From: Clostridia bacterium | GTDB lineage: Bacteria; Bacteroidota; Bacteroidia; Bacteroidales; 4484-276 | NCBI GenBank assembly: GCA_009928785.1 | Contig: SABY01000001.1 | Span: 23,633-87,632 of the forward strand | Direction: 5' to 3' | Length of the DNA stretch: 64,000 nucleotides | Shown: positions 63,445 through 64,000 of the stretch, piece by piece | Layout of the letters: each line of letters begins with the position of its first letter | How positions within the stretch are numbered: position 1 is the first letter of the stretch | Notes under the pieces: model-generated | Databases searched by the model: none | What the model was told of the DNA's origin: nothing | Seen by the model: the letters and a program-made list of their open reading frames with translations, nothing else | Position numbers and translations under genes: made by a program

Positions 63445-63613
63445 TATATCAGTTATTATTTATTAATCCGACTCATCTGGCTTTTCGGATTCGCCCCGTT
63501 TTTTTTATTGGTATCTGGATTCCAAAATTGATCTGAAATGGTATTTATGTTTTTATCATCGTTTACTTTTGGTGTATTAATTTTGAAAAGCTAAAACGAC
63601 TTATTGCAATACG

Positions 63614-63919
63614 CTAACTAACTTCGTCATACCCGCTTTTGATGACCGTAGAAATTATTTTGAACCGCTCGTTGGCTTTGATAACATTGCGTGCATGTGC
63701 AGGAATAATGATCGATTGTCCGGTGTCGAGCAAATTGGAATTTCCATCAATGACAATCTCAGCCTTTCCATCAATCACCTGAATAAATGTATCGAAGGGC
63801 GAGGTTTTTTCGGTGAGTGCTTCCCCGGTATCGAACGATGATACGGTAACATTTCCTGTAGTTTTTTTTATGATTGTTTTAATCACAACCGAATTGGGGA
63901 CATATTCAATAATTTCCAC
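63614..63919 (-). CDS. Cupin domain protein
   Basis: 101 aa with two beta-rich cupin-like motifs (FIQVIDGKAEIVIDG...IIIPAHARNVIKA). Confidence 0.7.
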   Translation of the reverse strand: MEIIEYVPNSVVIKTIIKKTTGNVTVSSFDTGEALTEKTSPFDTFIQVIDGKAEIVIDGNSNLLDTGQSIIIPAHARNVIKANERFKIISTVIKSGYDEVS

Positions 63920-64000
63920 GATGATAAATGTTTTTGACTTTTCATGCTCTGCATTCGCTGCATTATTAATAGGATGCTTTGTCGTTTTGCCTTGTTTTCC

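Noticed and set aside
1-64000. tRNA, rRNA, transposase, integrase, phage or cas genes
   Set aside because: I scanned intergenic gaps for T-loop-like GGTTCGAATCC motifs and the ORF list for the relevant protein signatures and recognised none. A proper tRNAscan/cmscan run was not possible.

Overview
This 64-kb chromosomal segment reads as Bacteroidota. Evidence: T9SS-type C-terminal sorting domains on two secreted proteins, a PorT-like OMP next to ubiE, GH92, the DUF4290-murA pair, and TAnnTTTG -7 boxes 30-55 nt upstream of several starts. It holds about 60 protein genes, nearly all core or housekeeping: prfA, murA, grpE-dnaJ-SUI1, feoAB, recA-bcp-nth, uvrA, aconitase, ABC-F, lgt, MscS and an M16 peptidase. 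I saw no rRNA, tRNA, CRISPR/cas, transposase, integrase or phage genes, and no convincing multi-gene defence or biosynthetic system. The unusual content is non-coding. At least eight intergenic gaps carry a composite element: a GC-rich, often nested hairpin directly abutted by AT-rich microsatellites with a period of 7 bp (or 14 bp). The repeat sequence differs from locus to locus (AAATCCC, GAATACC, GGAAGTA, GNNNACT, AACAAAC, TGAATTT, GAAGTTAGAGGGGA). Two copies share a 43-nt perfect core in opposite orientation, two share a 12-nt junction CAATTGAAATCC, and the tails are homologous. There are also an exactly 100-bp x3 tandem repeat, a 152-bp x2.4 tandem repeat and a 33-bp x~4 repeat. I cannot match this family to any element I know; it is the best candidate for something undescribed here, but its function is only inferred. 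Secondary points are a solitary class-II Fic gene bracketed by repeats, a decayed DUF4160 next to an intact DUF2442, a MurA with Asp at the fosfomycin-target Cys position, and a 430-bp gap with three GC hairpins. All calls come from reading motifs by eye; no searches or statistics were run.
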